A DNA stretch of 63,663 nt, counting the filler, from Klebsormidium nitens (Eukaryota; Plantae; Klebsormidiophyceae), in NCBI GenBank assembly GCA_000708835.1. It is 7 parts of 7 records of this genome, joined end to end, with 100 filler letters (N's around TTAATTAATTAA, not from the genome) between each part and the next. Parts side by side here need not be neighbours in the genome. Positions count along the whole stretch, not along the records: positions 59,190 to 62,283 come from DF238185.1; positions 62,384 to 63,663 come from DF237159.1; 5 more parts are not named here. One strand, written 5' to 3'. The notes under the pieces are model-generated. The model did not search any database. It worked only from the letters and a program-made list of their open reading frames with translations, and was not told the DNA's origin. This document shows positions 59,206 through 63,663 of the stretch, one piece after another. The translations under genes were made by a program, and so were the position numbers. Within the stretch, counting starts at the first letter, position 1. Each line of letters begins with the position of its first letter.

Positions 59206-59567
59206 GTGTGTGGGGGAGTGTTGAGATACGGGCATTTAGGGACCGAATCTCCGGGTGACTCTAGGGTTTTAGGATGACGACGTCGGCGCAAATTCGACAC
59301 AAACTAGTACTTACAGTTTCACAGTAGAATGCGCGCGGGTATAGCGTCACACCCGAATGACTTGGCGATAACCGTCGATATTGTGTAGGTTCGATAATGG
59401 CCGTCGATGTACTGTATAGCGTGAAATTTTCGGACCTTCTTGGTGACGGGTCCACTGAGCCTACTAGGTAAGAGTGTAGACCTAGAAATACGCCGTGACT
59501 CGGAACACTCCATAACATTGTGTGAATTTGATTGATTGAATATCACTTCCAACAACGCTGTATTTCA
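59206..59567 (+). mobile_element. 3' LTR of family A with a polypurine tract
   Basis: GGGGGAG (59212-59218) directly precedes TGTTGAG (59219). It is homologous to the solo LTR at 37284, and the element body would lie in the gap. Confidence 0.8.
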
Positions 59568-60142
59568 TTAATAGGACGCAAGGCGGCGATCTGTCCGGCA
59601 TGGCTTTGGGCTAAAGTCGTTCGTGCAAGACTGGGAGTTGTGCCTTTGGGAGCGCGCATGACCGAACGTGCGCAAGCGCTGAGGCTAATGCCGTCAATAA
59701 GGACAATCCTAGTCAACGGGAATGTGCTAGATGGACCTCATATGGGCCGTGGTTAGTAAGCAGGGTCGGAAACCGCGGGGAATTTGCGGTGGACATATTC
59801 ATTTCGATTGTATAACTTGAAGAGATGCTCGATGAGAGTCAGGGCGCTCATTTTTCAGGCGCTTGTGCGTGATGGTGGTTAATTCCAACATTCCAACATA
59901 GAATGGGCGTCCGGATTCCAATCGCATTTTTGCGACTAGTATTGACATCCGGCTATGCGAAAATGTGCAACTTGACCGAACCGGCACGCGTGCTCGCCTT
60001 AAGATCCATCGTTTCTTGTCGAGTCGATCATAACTACAAGAAAAATTGTTGCTCGCTTTCCCCTTGTCCTTATAATGCGGCCTTTTGCAGCTGAAGCATG
60101 GTCGACGTTGACGCATCCGTGACCGAAGGAACCTGCCGTACA

Positions 60143-62173
60143 CTCCGAAAGTTAACATTGATTGACGGCCAAATTGCCAGAATTAGGAGCAAGGAACATT
60201 GGCACTTGTAAGATAATGATCAAAGACATGAATGTCTTGGCAGATTAAGATGAAAAGGATTAAGTGCTTGATGGATTAAGATAAAAGAAACTGAGTGCGT
60301 GGCAGTGTAAGATGAAAGAAGTTGAGTGCTTGATAGAAGAAGATGAAAGAGATCGTATGCTTGGTAGATTGAAATAAAAAAGCCCAAGTAGTTAGCGAAT
60401 TGAGACCGGAACGATTTGGAGGAACTTGGGAGATTAAGAACCCGAGAAAGGTGCATGCACATGTCATGTATCGGGATTCTGGACCGCGGAGTTGAGTGTC
60501 ATGTATCGGGATTCATGCATCGTGGTGGTACCTCGTCGGTACCCTAGTGCGACCGTGGTGCGTACAAGGTAGCACCACGAACGATACGCACTGTCGAAAA
60601 TTTTAGCTTGTCGTTACTATGGTACACTTGAAACGAATTTGGGCTCCGCTATACCAGCAGGAAGAAACGGCGATGGTACTCAATTGCTACACGATTTTGA
60701 CATGCAGTTCTGTAAAAACCGGGGATTTTGTGGAAGATATGTGGCTCGTTGCAGATGGCTCCCCGGAGCTTTTTACCATCTGTCCGGGCATCCCTATACC
60801 CTTGAGCTTACGCTCAATCGCGCCCGGTATCTAATTATCAGTGTACAACCGGGCTGTACGAGGCCACGGTGGGACCTACCTCAGCCCAACCTTCGACACT
60901 TTTTAGAAGTACGGTACTTGAGTTGGGTCATACAGTACTCATGTACCTAGCTAGAATCTTGAGTACCGGTCAGTTCTGACATGGGCAGAAGTGTTGGGCT
61001 GTGATTGAGCTGCGGTGGTTTGGGTACCGGAACCTAGGTTTACCAGGTACATCTACTTGTACAGTGTTGTACTATGTATACCGTAGTACGGCACCTACCG
61101 ATACGTACACGACCAGACGATACAATTTCAAATCTGTAATCAACGCATTTTTGAATCTGACTCGCCTCGCCGAAAGCCTGACAACCGACCATTTCCTTTC
61201 GGGTTTTGCGGATCTGCGCCTGATGTGGATGCTCCACGAACTTACCCCACAGTCTGGGACTCCGCAGGTTGAACTTGGTTGCTGAGAAGTCTGGAACTTG
61301 TCAGGCCATTTGAATGAGCTGAGCTTCCGCTCCCCTTCCGCTGAGCTGGACACACCTGAATTGAGCTCAGAATATCTATTGAGCACCTGAGGGGTGGGCT
61401 CCCTGCAACTCCTAGCACAAGATAAGGGAGAGGGGCAAACCTCTTGATGGGACCCTAGATTCACATCCTTTATGAAGCATTATAAACGATTTTCTTGGGC
61501 TCAAAGGAAAGTTCCAATGCAATAAAGAATGTCTTTAGAGGCTGGTTGCAGCTTTTGGAAGACCCTCATGGATGGACGCATGGCCCCTATCGCAGCCATG
61601 GTTGGGTTCATTGAGAACAATTTCAGGGCTTGGAAACCACGTTTGCTTGCAGTCTCTCAATTCCCTGTGCGGAACCCTAAATCTATACGTACAGCCAGCA
61701 CAGTGCCAGTATGGTCCCACTGTACTAGCACCGTGGTACGACCGCGATCCAACTCCAGATTTTGAAGTTCCGTACGGTGATTATCGTACAGATACCGCAG
61801 TGACCTACCGCGGTGCCTGTACGCTGACTACGCGGAGTTCAGGCTAGCAAAATCCGCGTACATGACATGTGTGCAAGATATTAATAACGAATTTGTGTGG
61901 ACCGTTCGATGATAGTTGATTGAAGTAATTGAAGCTAGGCCGCTCAATTATGATATCCACGTATCTAAGGGTGATGCACGACTCGAACTAGGTTGAAGTA
62001 GACCTAATTACGGGATTGAAATTGACTTGAAGACTTGAACGATTTGTCATGTAATTGATATTCATACGAAGAGTAGCTTGGTGAATAGGGCGCAGGCTCA
62101 TTTTGTGAAGGCGCTTGTGAGTGAGGGTGATTGAATCCCTCGTAGGTTCCAAGCATGAGCCGTGATTTCAACA
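60143..62173 (+). mobile_element. LTR-C family copy interrupted by a 1.4-kb insertion
   Basis: TTGACGGCCAAATTG and the 31-nt array lie at 60160-60450. Homology to 41220-41506 resumes at 61872 and ends at TTTCAACA (62173). The left boundary is approximate. Confidence 0.75.
60458..61871. mobile_element. Non-autonomous DNA transposon with CAC...GTG ends (CMC/EnSpm-like)
   Basis: 13-bp perfect TIR CACATGTCATGTA / TACATGACATGTG with further partial matching. A 2-bp TG duplication restores the LTR sequence GGTGCATGCAAG. Confidence 0.65.
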
Positions 62174-63282
62174 TCTGGTACCGGACTACCAGACAGCATC
62201 CGGTCCCTGCTTAACAGCCAGGCTTTGCTCGACCGATACCGCATACTGGCTGGCTTTTGGGGAGCCGCCGAAGTTCTTGCGCCNNNNNNNNNNNNNNNNN
62301 NNNNNNNNNNNNNNNNNNNNNNNNNNNTTAATTAATTAANNNNNNNNNNNNNNNNNNNNNNNNNNNNNNNNNNNNNNNNNNNNCCAAAAAAAAAAAAAGC
62401 AATGATGGCATCATCCAATAGCTGCAAATGCCAATGTGGACTTTCGCCGATCCGCCCTTTGACCTTGGACAAATTCATTACAGAAGACAGGCTGGTGAAG
62501 GGCGCTTTCTGGCCCAAGGTGGCGCTTCTCAGTCATATTAATAAGTAGACCTAGCTCGAGCTGTCTAATAGCATGGTAACCGTAATAGAGTGCACCTATC
62601 AGGGGTTGCCTTCTTCCTGGTGAAAACGATTGATGGCATGTAGCCATAAGATCTCACAACACTTGTTGCATGAAGTTTGAATCGTAGAAGGGGGAGATTA
62701 GAGCAAGAGCGGGGGCAGGCAGGATTCGCATCACAGGAGAAGCTTTCTCAGCGGGTACCTAGTGGTGCGCTTTAGGCGTTGACATAGAAGCAATATTATG
62801 CTTGTTGGAACCAGCAAGACAGTGCGCTACTGAGAGTCGCGGTGTCCCTTGCATCTTGCAGGGAGGATTCGTTAGTAGCGTCTAGTGTTGGTCGAGCTTC
62901 TATATTGCCGTTAAAGGTCACAATTGGAAGGAGAGTTGATAGGGACTCATTGTTGCTGGTTGCCGAATAGTGCACAGCAATAAAAACCCAGGGCGCGAAT
63001 GCTCTAGGACATGGAAGAGTAGTCGCTGCAATTGATATCACCAACAGCTGTAGCTTGTCTCTGTTGACTCCAAACTTCTGTGTTGAGCGCTGGGCGACAG
63101 GCTATCAGCAGCATCACTCTGCAGTGTCGACACTCTGGGGACGTTGTGAATTCTCAGAAAGTGCCAGACCACAGCCTGGCGTTCATTGTCCAAAGTTGGC
63201 CTGCGGTGTCAAAGGGGCACTAGGGACACTGCATTGGAAGCCTGATTAACACTGACATCTGGCGCATGCGACCAAGACAACA

Positions 63283-63663
63283 ATGGGGACTGGTAGAAAG
63301 GGGTCACCGCTAGTTACACTTGTTCCCCTCTTCCTGTTACTCCTTAGCCATGTTTCCGCTCAACCCTTCTCTGCCCCAGTCTTGAATCCCACCACGGCCC
63401 CTGTAACAGTTACTCCTGCAACAGAGGCGCCTGTTACGGTTGCCCCTGTAACAGAGGCGCCCGTTACGTTGGCGCCGGTGACATCAGCGCCCGTGACAGC
63501 AGCGCCAGTCACCGCTGCTCCCGTCACCCTTCCTCCTGCTACAATCGCTCCGGTGATCACCCCCGCCACCACGCTCCCCCCCGCAACGCTCCCCCCCGCT
63601 ACAATTCCTCCTGCAACGCTCCCCCCTGCTACAATTCCCCCTGCAACGCTCCCCCCTGCTACA
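63283..63663 (+). CDS. Secreted Pro/Thr/Ala-rich arabinogalactan/mucin-like protein (open at window end)
   Basis: MGTGRKGSPLVTLVPLFLLLLSHVSAQ (signal peptide), then xAPVT and (L/I)PPAT pentapeptide repeats with no stop. The ORF track omits it. Confidence 0.8.
   Translation, partial: MGTGRKGSPLVTLVPLFLLLLSHVSAQPFSAPVLNPTTAPVTVTPATEAPVTVAPVTEAPVTLAPVTSAPVTAAPVTAAPVTLPPATIAPVITPATTLPPATLPPATIPPATLPPATIPPATLPPAT

Noticed and set aside
63360-63572. Minus-strand VTGA-repeat ORF; likewise the plus-strand ORF 47678-48133
   Set aside because: They are antisense readings of repeat-coding genes. The opposite strand has the ATG and, for 63283, a signal peptide.
1-63663. tRNA, rRNA or other structured RNA genes
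   Set aside because: No cloverleaf or rRNA-like sequence was recognised by eye. The only tRNA-related match is the retrotransposon PBS. A covariance-model scan was not run.

Overview
This is eukaryotic, intron-containing nuclear DNA. A green-plant lineage is inferred, most resembling a streptophyte alga, because a retrotransposon primer site matches the plant-type initiator tRNA as recalled and the window holds PPR, AGP-like and bacterial-type secreted genes. The scaffold has several N gaps, most carrying an artificial TTAATTAATTAA linker. From left to right: (1) 1-13 kb: a decayed multi-exon PPR-like gene, a minus-strand coding relic, two TA-flanked MITEs and small foldback or tandem repeats. 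(2) 12.8-19.2 kb: three tandem, apparently intronless paralogs of an unrecognised family, all starting MGLxxS (an N-myristoylation consensus), plus a pseudogene for a bacterial-type surface-protein module. (3) 20.6-35 kb: three spliced minus-strand genes encoding a secreted cadherin-like beta-sandwich protein, a secreted bicupin (oxalate decarboxylase family) and a metallo-beta-lactamase-fold protein. (4) 35.8-47.5 kb: a nested Copia graveyard with four LTR families, solo LTRs with target-site duplications and a half-tRNA-iMet primer site. It also contains SET-domain and giant-virus-type ankyrin pseudogenes. (5) 47.6-55.05 kb: a compact intronless block that looks like an endogenous giant-virus (NCLDV) fragment. 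It encodes a 17-aa-repeat charged helix protein, two ORFans, a spastin-like MIT-AAA ATPase with an altered pore loop, an IS630/Tc1 DD34E transposase flanked by same-orientation ends, and an AEP-PriCT2-D5 primase-helicase. (6) 55.2-63.7 kb: a 129-bp hairpin minisatellite at the virus-host junction, a spliced host PRIMPOL gene, more LTRs, a CAC...GTG non-autonomous element and the start of a secreted Pro/Thr/Ala-rich AGP-like gene. All family assignments come from motif recognition by eye; no searches were run.
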